From NCBI GenBank assembly GCA_964200985.1, contig CAXNCU010000001.1, positions 1 to 59,106 of the forward strand: DNA of 59,106 nt. Reading direction: 5' to 3'. The translations under genes and the position numbers were made by a program. Shown one piece after another: positions 22,125-32,382 of this stretch. The notes under the pieces were generated by a model. The model searched no databases. It saw nothing but the letters and a program-made list of their open reading frames with translations, and was not told where the DNA came from. Source of the stretch: Candidatus Planktophila sp. (GTDB lineage Bacteria; Actinomycetota; Actinomycetes; Nanopelagicales; Nanopelagicaceae). How positions within the stretch are numbered: the stretch's first letter is position 1; the number at the start of each line of letters is the position of its first letter.

Positions 22125-24797
22125 GTGGAATCCGCCGAGATCCGCGCGCGCTGGCTGCGCTTCTTCGAATCAGATAATCGCCAGGGGTTAACGCACACCG
22201 TTGTGCCTTCGGCCTCTTTGATTGCCGATGATCCCAACCTCTTGCTTGTTAACGCAGGAATGGTTCCATTCAAACCCTATTTTCTAGGCGAGGTAACGCC
22301 ACCTTTTAAGCGTGCGACCTCAGTTCAAAAGTGCGTTCGAACCCTAGATATCGATGAAGTTGGAAAGACGACTCGTCATGCATCTTTTTTCCAAATGTGC
22401 GGAAATTTCTCTTTCGGTGATTATTTTAAAGAGGGCGCGATCGCACTTGCTTGGGAGCTACTCACCCGTCCCATTAACGATGGCGGTTACGGTTTAGCCG
22501 AAGATAGATTATGGATTACTGTTTTTCTTGATGATGATGAAGCGGCAAATATTTGGCATGAAAAGATCGGTGTACCCAAAGAGCGTATTCAGCGAATGGG
22601 TATGGGGGATAACTTCTGGTCAATGGGTGTGCCTGGACCCTGTGGCCCGTGCTCTGAGATTTATTACGATCGTGGTCCGGCATATGGAAAAGACGGCGGA
22701 CCAATCGCCGATGAAAATCGTTACATGGAGGTTTGGAACTTAGTCTTCATGCAAAATGAGAGAGGCGCCGGTAGCGGTAAAGATGATTTCCCAATTTTGG
22801 GTGAGCTTCCAGCAAAGAGTATCGATACAGGTCTTGGCCTTGAGAGAATGGCAGCACTTTTACAGGGCGTAGAAAATATCTATGAAATCGATACAACTAT
22901 GCAGATTTTAAAGAAGGCATCTGAGTTAACTGGCGTGGCATATGGCGCCTCACAAAAATCTGATGTCTCCTTGCGTGTTATTGCAGATCATGCTCGAACT
23001 TCGGCGATGCTCATTGGAGATGGCGTGACCCCGGGTAATGAGGGCCGTGGATATGTTCTGCGGCGAATGATGCGCAGAACGATTCGCAATATGCGTCTTC
23101 TTGGATCAATGGATCCAATCATGTCAGAGCTAACTGTCGCTGCGATCGGTGCAATGGGTCCTCAGTATCCGGAGTTAGTAAGTGATAAGAAGAGAATCTT
23201 GTCGGTAAGTGCTTCAGAAGAAGAGAGTTTTCTGCAAACATTGAAGAGTGGAACAAGTATTTTTGATGTGGCAAGTGCCTCATTAAAAAAGAACAAGAGT
23301 TCAATATTGCCTGGTGCTGAAGCCTTCAAACTCCATGACACATATGGCTTTCCCTTTGATTTAACGCTAGAGATGGCACGCGAAGAGGGCCTTGAGGTCG
23401 ACGAAGAGGGCTTTAGACGGTTAATGAAGGAGCAGAAGGATCGAGCTAAGGCCGATTCACGTGCAAAAAAGAGTGGACACACAGATGTGAGTGAGTATCG
23501 CTCGATTGCAGACAAGAGCGGCAAGAGCGAGTTCTGTGGCTACACATCGACTGCTACAGAGTCGAATATCACTGGAATATTACTCGACGGAGTTTCTAGC
23601 AGGAGCGCAGCAGCAGGTGAGGATGTCGAGATTATTTTGAATCGCACGCCATTTTATGCCGAGGGCGGCGGACAGTTAGCCGATGGCGGCACAATCACAT
23701 TAGGCAATGGTGCGATCGTTGAGATCGATGATGTGCAGACTCCTGTTCCAGGAGTTTTCGTTCATCGTGGACGCGTTATCCAAGGTGGTATTGAAATTGG
23801 CGATGATGTACATGCCGCGATCGATATTGAACGTCGTGATGCAATCTCTCGAGCACATACGGCCACGCATATGGTTCATAAGGCTTTCCGCGAGATTTTG
23901 GGTGAGACCGCTACTCAAGCAGGCTCAGAGAACTCACCCGGACGCTTTCGATTTGATTTCCCATCTACTGGGGCAGTACCAGATAGCGTGATTAACGATG
24001 TTGAGTCGCGTGTTAATACTCTGTTACTAGATAATTTAGAGGTTACTGCCGAAACAATGTCACAGGCTCAAGCTAAAGAGATTGGCGCCATGGCGCTCTT
24101 TGGAGAAAAATATGGTGACCAAGTAAGAGTTGTCAGTGTTGGTGATTGGGCACGCGAACTATGCGGCGGAACCCACGTTAAACGATCTGGGCAGTTAGGC
24201 GTTATAAAGTTGCTCAGTGAGTCTTCAATCGGAGCGGGAGTACGTAGAGTTGAAGCACTGGTCGGTATCGATGCTTACAAGTTTTTAGCTCGCGAACACA
24301 TTCTCCTTAACTCTTTGACGTCGATAATAAAAGGGGCGCGAGTTGAAGAGCTCCCCGAACGAATTTCAGATCTGCTTATTAAGATTCGCGATATTGAAAA
24401 AGAGCTTGGGGCTGTTCGTTCTAACGCAGCCTTTGCTCAAGTCGATGCCATCGCAAAGAGTGCGATAGAGATCAACGCAGTCACAACGATCGTTGCTCTG
24501 CTCCCGGATGGGATATCAGGAGATGACTTGCGAAAAATCGCCCTTGAACTTCGTGCCAAAGCAACATGTTCGGTTGTCGCCCTCATTAGTGTCAATGACT
24601 CAAAGCCAATCTTGGTTGTCGCCGCAAGTGATGCCGCGCGTGCACAAGGCGTTAAAGCCGGAGCACTTGTGAAGATTGGGTCGACCGTATTAGGCGGAGG
24701 CGGCGGCGGAAAAGATGATTTTGCCCAAGGTGGTGGAACCGACATCTCGAAGGCCAATGAGGCTTTGATGGCAATCACCACTGCTCTTAAAGGATAA
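22125..24797 (+). CDS. alaS: Alanine--tRNA ligase
   Basis: [22 protein letters not shown], editing HTATH / ELCGGTH and C-terminal GGGGG. Confidence 0.98.
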   Translation: MESAEIRARWLRFFESDNRQGLTHTVVPSASLIADDPNLLLVNAGMVPFKPYFLGEVTPPFKRATSVQKCVRTLDIDEVGKTTRHASFFQMCGNFSFGDYFKEGAIALAWELLTRPINDGGYGLAEDRLWITVFLDDDEAANIWHEKIGVPKERIQRMGMGDNFWSMGVPGPCGPCSEIYYDRGPAYGKDGGPIADENRYMEVWNLVFMQNERGAGSGKDDFPILGELPAKSIDTGLGLERMAALLQGVENIYEIDTTMQILKKASELTGVAYGASQKSDVSLRVIADHARTSAMLIGDGVTPGNEGRGYVLRRMMRRTIRNMRLLGSMDPIMSELTVAAIGAMGPQYPELVSDKKRILSVSASEEESFLQTLKSGTSIFDVASASLKKNKSSILPGAEAFKLHDTYGFPFDLTLEMAREEGLEVDEEGFRRLMKEQKDRAKADSRAKKSGHTDVSEYRSIADKSGKSEFCGYTSTATESNITGILLDGVSSRSAAAGEDVEIILNRTPFYAEGGGQLADGGTITLGNGAIVEIDDVQTPVPGVFVHRGRVIQGGIEIGDDVHAAIDIERRDAISRAHTATHMVHKAFREILGETATQAGSENSPGRFRFDFPSTGAVPDSVINDVESRVNTLLLDNLEVTAETMSQAQAKEIGAMALFGEKYGDQVRVVSVGDWARELCGGTHVKRSGQLGVIKLLSESSIGAGVRRVEALVGIDAYKFLAREHILLNSLTSIIKGARVEELPERISDLLIKIRDIEKELGAVRSNAAFAQVDAIAKSAIEINAVTTIVALLPDGISGDDLRKIALELRAKATCSVVALISVNDSKPILVVAASDAARAQGVKAGALVKIGSTVLGGGGGGKDDFAQGGGTDISKANEALMAITTALKG

Positions 24798-24805
24798 TTG
24801 CAGGC

Positions 24806-25231
24806 ATGCAACGAGGTCGCCGTATCGCTTTTGATTATGGCGATGTACGGATTGGAGTTGCAATCTGTGATCCCGACGCGATCCTCTGCACTCCACTCAC
24901 AACACTGAAGGCAACAGATAAGAGACTCGCAGATGCCATTACGGCGATAATCGCCGAATATGAGCCAATTGCCATTTATGTAGGAAAGCCATCAAATATG
25001 GATGGAAGCGCGGGAGCTTCGGCGCAAAAAGCTGGTGCGTTTTCTAAACTGATTTCGACGTTGACTACGGTTCCCGTAGTGCAAATCGATGAACGTTTAT
25101 CAACTGTGAGTGCGGCCAAGAGCTTGCAGAGCTCAGGAGTTAATGCAAAAGCGGCAAAGTCGCGAATCGATGAGATGGCAGCGGTAGCCATCTTGGAGTT
25201 TGCGCTATCAATTGAAAAGAATAAAGCGTGA
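24806..25231 (+). CDS. ruvX: RuvX/YqgF pre-16S rRNA nuclease
   Basis: AFDYGDVRIGVA, DERLST and ID..AAVAIL. Confidence 0.95.
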   Translation: MQRGRRIAFDYGDVRIGVAICDPDAILCTPLTTLKATDKRLADAITAIIAEYEPIAIYVGKPSNMDGSAGASAQKAGAFSKLISTLTTVPVVQIDERLSTVSAAKSLQSSGVNAKAAKSRIDEMAAVAILEFALSIEKNKA

Positions 25232-26244
25232 AATTCATACGCTTAGCAGGGGCGTTAACTTTCGTTGTGGTCTTAAGCCTTGCTCTTCACCAAGTTCGCA
25301 GCGGTGTATCCACGGCCCCTGATTTTCCCACTCGTAGCATTGCCAGTGGAGAGCAAGAGGTCATCATTGAGATCGCCGCCGGAACATCTGGCTCTGATTT
25401 GGCAGAGCTGCTTTTCAAAGAAAAAGTTATCAAATCTTCATTGGCATATTTTCGTCTCGCCGTTGTCGATAAACGATCGGCTAAAGTCTCACCTGGCACA
25501 CACCGACTTAGTTTGACTATCTCGGCTGCCCAAGCTCTGAATCAATTACTTGATCCAGCGCGCATTCCAAATCTTATTAAGGTATTTGAAGGTGCCTGGA
25601 AGAGCGAAATAATCGAGTCGATGCGCACATATGGATTTACTAGCGCTCAGATTAATGAGGGATTTAAGAATCTCGTCTTGCCTGTTGGGTTCACTGATGC
25701 CGAGGGCTTACTTTTCCCAGCTCAATATAGTTTTGCCCGCCAGACCAGTGCTTCGCAGGTCCTCCAAGCCATGGTTAATCGCTTTAGAGCAGAAAAGATT
25801 GGTCAAGAGGTTTTGGCGGTAACGGGCAAATACTCACCACTTGAGATTTTGACCGTGGCATCCATTGCTCAATCCGAAGGCGATGCTGCAGATTTTAGTA
25901 AAGTAGCACGAGTGATCTTCAATCGACTTACAATATCGATGCCGCTACAAATGGACTCAACCGTTCATTATGTAAAGAAAGTACGCGGCCAGATCTTTTT
26001 AAGCACAACGTCGACGCTCATAAAATCGCCCTACAACACGTATAAGAACTATGGATTGCCTCCTAGCCCCATAGGAAATCCTGGCGCAGCGGCGTTGGAG
26101 GCAGCTCTTAATCCCGCAATCGGGGATTGGCTCTATTTCATTACAGTTGCTCCAGGGGACACGCGATTTACCGCCTCAAATGATGAGTTTAATGACTGGA
26201 AACTCCTCTACAAGAAGAACCGAAAGGCAGGTGCTTTCAATTGA
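25228..26244 (+). CDS. mltG: Endolytic transglycosylase MltG
   Basis: EGLLFP..Y, ASIAQSE, LQMDST, SPYNTY and GLPPSPI.NPG. Confidence 0.94.
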   Translation: MKFIRLAGALTFVVVLSLALHQVRSGVSTAPDFPTRSIASGEQEVIIEIAAGTSGSDLAELLFKEKVIKSSLAYFRLAVVDKRSAKVSPGTHRLSLTISAAQALNQLLDPARIPNLIKVFEGAWKSEIIESMRTYGFTSAQINEGFKNLVLPVGFTDAEGLLFPAQYSFARQTSASQVLQAMVNRFRAEKIGQEVLAVTGKYSPLEILTVASIAQSEGDAADFSKVARVIFNRLTISMPLQMDSTVHYVKKVRGQIFLSTTSTLIKSPYNTYKNYGLPPSPIGNPGAAALEAALNPAIGDWLYFITVAPGDTRFTASNDEFNDWKLLYKKNRKAGAFN

Positions 26245-27059
26245 TTAAAGCTGCAGTTCTAGGTTCACCGATTGCACACTCTCTTAGCCCATTGCTTCAT
26301 ACGATTGCATATGCAGAGCTTGGATTAGATAGCGAGTACACACGAATTGAAATAAAAAGTGGAGAGCTAGAAAAGTTTCTCAATCAGTGTGATGGAAGCT
26401 GGACCGGTTTTTCACTCACCATGCCGCTGAAAGAGGAGGTTTTACAGTTTTCCAACAATGTTTCAGAGCTTTCGCAGAGAATTCGAAGTGCCAATACTCT
26501 GTTCAAGAGCGATGGTGACTGGGAGGCCACGACGACCGATGTATCTGGAATTACCCATGCTCTGGCTTCACATGGAATAGATGCAAGCGGTGATGTACTC
26601 ATTATCGGAGCTGGTGCTACTGCACGTGCTGCGGCGGCGGCCTGTGACGGGATTGCTACGCGCATCACTGTCATGAATCGCTCCCAATCTCGAGTAGAGG
26701 GGATTTCAAACTCGGTAGAAATCTCTGATTTAGATTTTGTTGATTGGAGTGAAACCACCCTCTTTGAGCAAGTCGACTTAATCATCTCTACAACTCCAGA
26801 GGGTGCCAGCGACAGCCTGATCTCCTATTTTCCCAAGAATCCCTCCTCTGTCTTTTTTGATGTTCTCTATAATCCATGGCCTACTCTCGCCTTATCTGCG
26901 TGGAAGGCTAATGGTGGTCAGATAATCGATGGTTTAGATCTGCTGATTCATCAAGGTATTGATCAGGTCAGACTCTTTTCTGGCATAGCATTTGACCGAA
27001 CCAGCATGGCCGAGCTCATGCGAAAGCATGCCCTCACAGCGTTAAAAGCATCCACATAG
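26241..27059 (+). CDS. aroE: Shikimate dehydrogenase
   Basis: GSPIAHSLSP, SLTMPLK, GAGATA and DVLYNP. Confidence 0.95.
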   Translation: MIKAAVLGSPIAHSLSPLLHTIAYAELGLDSEYTRIEIKSGELEKFLNQCDGSWTGFSLTMPLKEEVLQFSNNVSELSQRIRSANTLFKSDGDWEATTTDVSGITHALASHGIDASGDVLIIGAGATARAAAAACDGIATRITVMNRSQSRVEGISNSVEISDLDFVDWSETTLFEQVDLIISTTPEGASDSLISYFPKNPSSVFFDVLYNPWPTLALSAWKANGGQIIDGLDLLIHQGIDQVRLFSGIAFDRTSMAELMRKHALTALKAST

Positions 27060-27096
27060 TATTTTAGGCGCGGCTTTAGTTCATTAACCTCATCTG

Positions 27097-27546
27097 ATGA
27101 TCGCCGTGTTTGTCTTGGCTCTTCCCATTCTTCTCGCCGATTGGCGATATCGCAGAATTCCAAATATCTATCTCATTATTATTCTCTATTGGGTGGCGGC
27201 AATGCGGATTATCTCTGGGATAGCTTCGATGCGGGCCCTTGTATTCTGTCTGGCACTAACTGCAGTTGCTGTGATGATAATGAAAATGGGTATCGGCGAT
27301 GCCAAACTAATAATCACGATATCTCTTGCCCTCAATCTCGCAAGCACTGCCGATGTGGCGCAGCTCTTCATCTGGATGTATCTCTCGGCAATACTTCAGA
27401 TTATTGTGATTTGGGGCTCTACTCAAAGTATTCCGCACAGTATTCCGCTAGCTTTTGCGATTTTTCTTGGAACAATGCTCTATTTGGCTGCGACTAGAGC
27501 ACCATCTCTGCAAGAATACGCAGATGCGTTGGTTAACAGCTGGTGA
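27097..27546 (+). CDS. Small A24-family (prepilin-type) aspartic peptidase
   Basis: D.RYRRIPN and GIGDAKL aspartate motifs, IPLAFAI; multiple TM helices; overlaps the aroC start. Confidence 0.75.
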   Translation: MIAVFVLALPILLADWRYRRIPNIYLIIILYWVAAMRIISGIASMRALVFCLALTAVAVMIMKMGIGDAKLIITISLALNLASTADVAQLFIWMYLSAILQIIVIWGSTQSIPHSIPLAFAIFLGTMLYLAATRAPSLQEYADALVNSW

Positions 27547-28705
27547 GTCTCACGGGCAAGCCCTCAGTGCAATTGTTGAGGGCATCCCAGCTTCAGTTGA
27601 GATAACAACTGCAGATATTGATTATCACTTGGCACGTCGCCGTCTAGGTGTTGGACGTGGAGCACGCCAGAGCTTTGAAGCCGACAAGGTCACAATTCTT
27701 GGGGGAGTGCGATTAGGTTTGACGCAGGGCGGTCCGATCGCCGTTCAGATCGAAAATTCTGAGTGGCCGAAGTGGGAAAAAATTATGTCGGCAGATCCTG
27801 TGCCGTTAGAAGAGATCGAAAGTTTAGCTCGCAACGCTCCATTAACGCGACCTCGTCCTGGCCATGCTGATTTAGTAGGGATGCAAAAGTATGATCTCGA
27901 TGATGCCCGTCCAATTCTTGAGCGGGCAAGTGCGCGCGAGACAGCTTCGCGTGTGGCACTCGGTGCAGTAGCACGTAATTTTCTAGAGCAGAGTGTTGGA
28001 ATTACAATTTTGAGTCATGTGTTATCGATTGGCGGAGTTCGTGTTCCGTCAGGAACTGCGCTGCCACAGGTGGGGGATATGGCGCGAATTGATGATGATC
28101 CTGTCCGCTGTGCAGATGCTGCAACGAGTGAATTAATGATTGAGGAGATTTCGAAGGCACACTCCGATGGAGATACTTTAGGCGGAGTAGTAGAGGTACT
28201 TGCTTTTAATATGCCACCGGGTCTTGGCTCACACGCACATTGGGATCGACGTTTAGATGCGCAGTTGGCTGGCGCTCTTATGGGCATTCAAGCCATTAAG
28301 GGTGTTGAACTTGGTGATGGTTTTGAAACTGCCACGCGTCGGGGCAGCGTGGCTCACGATGAGATAGAGAAATCACGTGAAGGAAAAATTGTTCGTCGGA
28401 CCGACCGTGCCGGAGGCACCGAGGGCGGGATGTCTAATGGTGAAATATTGCGAGTACGCGCAGCGATGAAACCAATTTCAACGGTTCCAAAGGCCTTAGA
28501 TACGATCGATGTGGCTACGGGTTTAGCGGCCAAAGCGATTAATCAACGCTCAGATGTATGTGCAGTACCGGCTGCAGGGGTTGTAGCAGAGGCGATGGTT
28601 GCTCTGGTATTGGCTCAAGCTGTTCTAGAAAAGTTCGGCGGTGATAGCGTGGGAGAGACACGCAGAAATTTCCAGAGCTACATAGACAATCTAAATTTTA
28701 AGTAA
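27524..28705 (+). CDS. aroC: Chorismate synthase
   Basis: [11 protein letters not shown] start, [21 protein letters not shown] and RSDVC. Confidence 0.97.
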   Translation: MRWLTAGESHGQALSAIVEGIPASVEITTADIDYHLARRRLGVGRGARQSFEADKVTILGGVRLGLTQGGPIAVQIENSEWPKWEKIMSADPVPLEEIESLARNAPLTRPRPGHADLVGMQKYDLDDARPILERASARETASRVALGAVARNFLEQSVGITILSHVLSIGGVRVPSGTALPQVGDMARIDDDPVRCADAATSELMIEEISKAHSDGDTLGGVVEVLAFNMPPGLGSHAHWDRRLDAQLAGALMGIQAIKGVELGDGFETATRRGSVAHDEIEKSREGKIVRRTDRAGGTEGGMSNGEILRVRAAMKPISTVPKALDTIDVATGLAAKAINQRSDVCAVPAAGVVAEAMVALVLAQAVLEKFGGDSVGETRRNFQSYIDNLNFK

Positions 28706-28715
28706 GTTGCCTCAG

Positions 28716-29222
28716 ATGCCACAGGCAGTCTTAATTGGTCCGCCCGGAGCGGGAAAATCCACAGTTGGCAAGGCCCTAGCAAAATCAATTGGTGTAGGTT
28801 TTTTGGATTCAGATACTGTGATCGAAAAAAATGCGGGAAAGAAAATCTCAGATATTTTTGTCGATGAGGGGGAAGAGGCGTTTAGGGAGCTTGAGTATGC
28901 AGCACTGAAGGCCTGTCTACTCGATAGAAATTGCATTCTCTCTCTTGGCGGGGGCGCTCCGATCTCAGATCGCGCACAACGTTTGCTCATAGAATCAGAT
29001 GCTCCAGTTGTCTTTCTTGATGTCTCTCTTTCTATAGCAGCACCTCGGGTCGGCTTTAACCGTGATCGACCTTTGTTGCTAGGAAATCCGCGCGCTCAGT
29101 GGCAGGCTCTATACGATGTAAGACGGCCGATTTATGAGAAGCTTGCAAAGATTACGATTAAAGCAGATTTTGTGAAGCTCAATGACATAGTCACCGAGAT
29201 TAGATCGGGGTTGAGTATATGA
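28716..29222 (+). CDS. aroK: Shikimate kinase
   Basis: GPPGAGKS P-loop, GE..FRELE, LGGG and RPLL. Confidence 0.95.
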   Translation: MPQAVLIGPPGAGKSTVGKALAKSIGVGFLDSDTVIEKNAGKKISDIFVDEGEEAFRELEYAALKACLLDRNCILSLGGGAPISDRAQRLLIESDAPVVFLDVSLSIAAPRVGFNRDRPLLLGNPRAQWQALYDVRRPIYEKLAKITIKADFVKLNDIVTEIRSGLSI

Positions 29223-30274
29223 AAAAAATCCTAGTAAGTGCGGAGCGAAAGTACGAAGTTCTCATCGATTGTGATTGGAAATCAGAACTCGTATCGCTAG
29301 CCAAAAATAGAACACGCATCGCCATTATTCACACTCAACAGATGTCGGAATCGGTGCGCATTGATGCCGAGATTGATGCCGAGATTTTTTACTTTGCTCT
29401 TCCAGATGGAGAGCTAGCTAAAAGTTTTGCCTCGATTTCTCAACTCTGGAACTGGCTTGGGGCGGCTGGATTTACACGATCAGATTTAATAGTTGGGGTA
29501 GGCGGCGGCGCAGTTACAGATGTTGCAGGATATTCGGCGGCATCATGGCTTCGCGGTATTGATTGGATAGCAGTTCCAACGAGTCTTGCCGGCATGGTCG
29601 ATGCGGCGGTGGGCGGCAAGACCGGCATCAACAGTGATTATGGCAAAAATTTAATTGGAGCCTTTCATTCCCCTCTTTCAGTACTTGTTGATGTGAAATG
29701 GTTAAGCACGCTCTCGGATAGGGATTTCTGCGCCGGAATGGCTGAAGTTATTAAGTGTGGCTTTATCGCAGAGAATGAGATAATCAGCCTTTTATCCAAT
29801 CAATCTCTATCGGGATTGCGCAAGGATGAGGCGAGAGTGATCGCTCTGATAGAAGCTGCGGTGAATGTGAAGGCCGTTGTTGTTTCGAGTGATTTCAAAG
29901 AGGGTTTTGCGCGAGAGGTCTTAAATTATGGGCATACCTTGGGTCATGCAGTTGAGATTCATAGCAAGTACAGCCTTCGTCATGGTGAGGCAGTCTCTAT
30001 TGGTTTAGTTTTTGCGGCAGAGTTATCGCACATTAAAGGTCATCTTTCTACGCAGTTAGTAGATATGCACCGAGAGCTTTTGGGCGCTTTAGATTTACCG
30101 GTTTCTTATCCACGTGCGGCATGGTCAGAGTTAATGCCACTGTTGGCCTTGGATAAGAAATCACGTGGCAATTCTCTGCGCTTTGTAGCAATCTCTGCCA
30201 TTGGTGCGACGCTACGCATCGAAGATGCCTCAGAGGTTGAACTCGTTAGGGCATATGAGAGAATAAGCCTATGA
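29219..30274 (+). CDS. aroB: 3-dehydroquinate synthase
   Basis: GGGAVTD, DAAVGGKTG, LNYGHTLGHA and HGEAV. Confidence 0.96.
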   Translation: MKKILVSAERKYEVLIDCDWKSELVSLAKNRTRIAIIHTQQMSESVRIDAEIDAEIFYFALPDGELAKSFASISQLWNWLGAAGFTRSDLIVGVGGGAVTDVAGYSAASWLRGIDWIAVPTSLAGMVDAAVGGKTGINSDYGKNLIGAFHSPLSVLVDVKWLSTLSDRDFCAGMAEVIKCGFIAENEIISLLSNQSLSGLRKDEARVIALIEAAVNVKAVVVSSDFKEGFAREVLNYGHTLGHAVEIHSKYSLRHGEAVSIGLVFAAELSHIKGHLSTQLVDMHRELLGALDLPVSYPRAAWSELMPLLALDKKSRGNSLRFVAISAIGATLRIEDASEVELVRAYERISL

Positions 30275-30702
30275 AGATTCTTGTGATCAATGGTCCTAAC
30301 CTGGCACGTTTGGATATTCGCGACTCATCGATCTATGGCGATCTCAACTATGGTGAGTTAAAGAGCCTTATCGAAGGTGCTGCACTCAAGCACGGTTTAG
30401 AGGCAGATGTTCGCCAGAGCGATGATGAGGCGACGATAGTCGGTTGGCTACATGAGGCAGCAGATAGCAAGTTCCCGGTGATTATTAATCCTGCCGCCTT
30501 TACGCATTACTCATATGCCATAAGGGATGCTGCAGCAATGCTCGCCACTCCTCTGATCGAGGTGCACCTCTCTAACCCAATGTCACGAGAAGAGTTTCGT
30601 CATACTTCAGTGATTTCAGGAGTGGCCACTGGAACAGTCGCTGGTTTCGGTCCTAATTCATATGTATTGGCGATAATTGCGCTTAAAAACCTGATTGGCT
30701 AA
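30271..30702 (+). CDS. aroQ: Type II 3-dehydroquinate dehydratase
   Basis: NGPNL, INPAAFTH, EVHLSN and REEFRH. Confidence 0.96.
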   Translation: MKILVINGPNLARLDIRDSSIYGDLNYGELKSLIEGAALKHGLEADVRQSDDEATIVGWLHEAADSKFPVIINPAAFTHYSYAIRDAAAMLATPLIEVHLSNPMSREEFRHTSVISGVATGTVAGFGPNSYVLAIIALKNLIG

Positions 30703-30792
30703 GCGAACAAAGCACTAGCCGCGAGCGGGTATCCTTATCCTCTTGCTATCACAACGGGTAGCCGAACTATTTTAAACGAGTGGAGCTTTACC

Positions 30793-31353
30793 GTGGCAAC
30801 AACAGCTGATCTGAAAAATGGAATTACATTAGATATTGAAGGCCAACTCTGGAACGTAATTGAGTTTCAGCATGTAAAACCAGGTAAGGGACCGGCTTTT
30901 GTTCGCACAAAGTTGAAGTCAGTTCTTACAGGTAAAGTTATCGACCGTACATTTAACTCGGGCGTAAAGATTGATATTGAAATTCTTGAAAAACGCGACA
31001 TGCAGTTTCTTTACAAAGAGGGCGAAGATTTTGTATTCATGGATGCCAAGACCTTTGATCAAATGACGATTTCTATGGCAACGGTAGGCGGTATGTCCGA
31101 CTATATGCTGGAGAACACCGATGCCGTTGTGGCCGTCCATGATGGTAATCCTTTGTACATCGAGCTCGCCGCTGCAGTTCCGCTAAAGATTACTTACACA
31201 GAGCCTGGAATTCAGGGAGATCGATCATCAGGTGGAACTAAGCCAGCTACGGTTGAAACAGGTATTGAAATTCAGGTGCCGCTCTTTATTAAGCAAGATG
31301 AAATCGTCATGGTTGATACCCGTGACGGCTCATACCAAGGCCGCGCTAACTAG
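30793..31353 (+). CDS. efp: Elongation factor P
   Basis: [23 protein letters not shown] and VPLFI. Confidence 0.97.
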   Translation: MATTADLKNGITLDIEGQLWNVIEFQHVKPGKGPAFVRTKLKSVLTGKVIDRTFNSGVKIDIEILEKRDMQFLYKEGEDFVFMDAKTFDQMTISMATVGGMSDYMLENTDAVVAVHDGNPLYIELAAAVPLKITYTEPGIQGDRSSGGTKPATVETGIEIQVPLFIKQDEIVMVDTRDGSYQGRAN

Positions 31354-31775
31354 TGTCGGCTCGCAGTAAGGCAAGAAAAGCGGCGCTAGATTTGCTCTAC
31401 GAGGCAGATATTCGAGGAACAAACGCCATTGAAACGCTCAATCTGCGCGATGTGGTTGAAGAGGGTCCGGATGCCAGACCTATTCGTGAGTACACACGTG
31501 AACTTGTTAATGGAGTGAGTGAGAATTACCGAAAAATCGATGAGTTGATAATGACGTATGCCCAGGGTTGGGATATGGATCGATTGCCTGCCGTTGATAG
31601 AAATATCCTGCGTCTTGGAATTTATGAAATCCTGTGGTCAACGTCTATTCCTGATGGAGTGGCAATTGACGAGGCGCTAACTTTGGCAAAAGAGTTATCT
31701 ACAGATAACTCTGCCGGCTTTATCCACGGCGTTTTAGGACGCATCTCATCGATTAAAGATAGCTTAGCTTTTTAA
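31353..31775 (+). CDS. nusB: Transcription antitermination factor NusB
   Basis: ARSKARK, W...RLPAVDRNILR and DEA..LAK; follows efp. Confidence 0.96.
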   Translation: MSARSKARKAALDLLYEADIRGTNAIETLNLRDVVEEGPDARPIREYTRELVNGVSENYRKIDELIMTYAQGWDMDRLPAVDRNILRLGIYEILWSTSIPDGVAIDEALTLAKELSTDNSAGFIHGVLGRISSIKDSLAF

Positions 31776-32257
31776 GTAGATAGAAGTAATCCTCGCTCGC
31801 TACATAGATTGGTTATCTCATCGGAGTTCTTGCCCAACGTCATAGCTAATATCGAAATATCACTGGTACGCATCGATAGAACTTCGCCGTTCCAGTCATT
31901 TCGAAGTTCGACTATTCCGCTGATAAATGTTAATAATGTGGCGAGCTCCGACGTCATCTGGGCCATCTCTTGAGAGTCGACCATTATCTTTCGGATTCGG
32001 CGAAGGTCGATAACTGGTGGGCGGATCACTCCCTCTGCCGCCCTTGGCTGTTCTAGTAAATATGTCAGTGGTACTCCATAGAAGGCTGCGATCTCAATCG
32101 CTTTTTTTACCGATAAAGCGCGATCGCCCCGCTCATAAGAGCCGAGGACAACGGCGCGGATTCTACGGTGACTTGCCCTCTCTACATCGGAGAGGGAGAG
32201 GCCCTTTGATAGTCGAATAGCGCGAATACGTGCGCAGATTGCTTCATGTGTTGTCAT
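31772..32257 (-). CDS. bldD: BldD-family XRE transcriptional regulator
   Basis: RAIR...GLSL..VE..S......VVLGSYERGDRA HTH; C-terminal RND-WNGEVLSM-RTSD; sits between nusB and pyrR like Streptomyces bldD; -10 TACCCT 7 nt before ATG 32257. Confidence 0.85.
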   Translation of the reverse strand: MTTHEAICARIRAIRLSKGLSLSDVERASHRRIRAVVLGSYERGDRALSVKKAIEIAAFYGVPLTYLLEQPRAAEGVIRPPVIDLRRIRKIMVDSQEMAQMTSELATLLTFISGIVELRNDWNGEVLSMRTSDISILAMTLGKNSDEITNLCSERGLLLST

Positions 32258-32297
32258 GGGCAGAAGGGTAATTCTCTTGGTGCACGCTCGCCTCGCG

Positions 32298-32306
32298 TTA
32301 TCCACA
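32298..32306 (+). promoter_or_regulatory. Perfect DnaA-box consensus in the bldD/pyrR divergent promoter region
   Basis: TTATCCACA; function not demonstrated. Confidence 0.4.
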
Positions 32307-32321
32307 GTTCAAAGGATGCGG

Positions 32322-32330
32322 TGGTATAGT
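32322..32330 (+). promoter_or_regulatory. Putative extended -10 promoter of the pyr operon
   Basis: TGG-TATAGT about 10 nt upstream of the PyrR-binding hairpin. Confidence 0.55.
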
Positions 32331-32340
32331 CGCCCTCGCA

Positions 32341-32376
32341 TCCTTTAACGACCCATCCTGAGAGATGGGGAAGGAG
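32341..32376 (+). promoter_or_regulatory. PyrR-binding RNA stem-loop overlapping the pyrR Shine-Dalgarno
   Basis: TCCTT-TAACGA-CCCATC-CTGAGA-GATGGG-G-AAGGA; contains CUUUAA and UCCUGAGAG, typical PyrR-site elements. Confidence 0.8.
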
Positions 32377-32382
32377 ATTTAA

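Noticed and set aside
27455-27523. Longer N-terminus for aroC given by the ORF track
   Set aside because: AroC homologues begin at [11 protein letters not shown] (27524). Similar upstream extensions for pimA, ruvB, pyrF, ung, bldD and serB were trimmed.
30703-30792. Small hairpin in the efp leader
   Set aside because: Only about 6 bp with a G-U pair; not distinguishable from background.
32258-32300. Possible BldD autoregulatory box upstream of bldD
   Set aside because: No convincing match to the TCAC-N5-GTGA-type palindrome.
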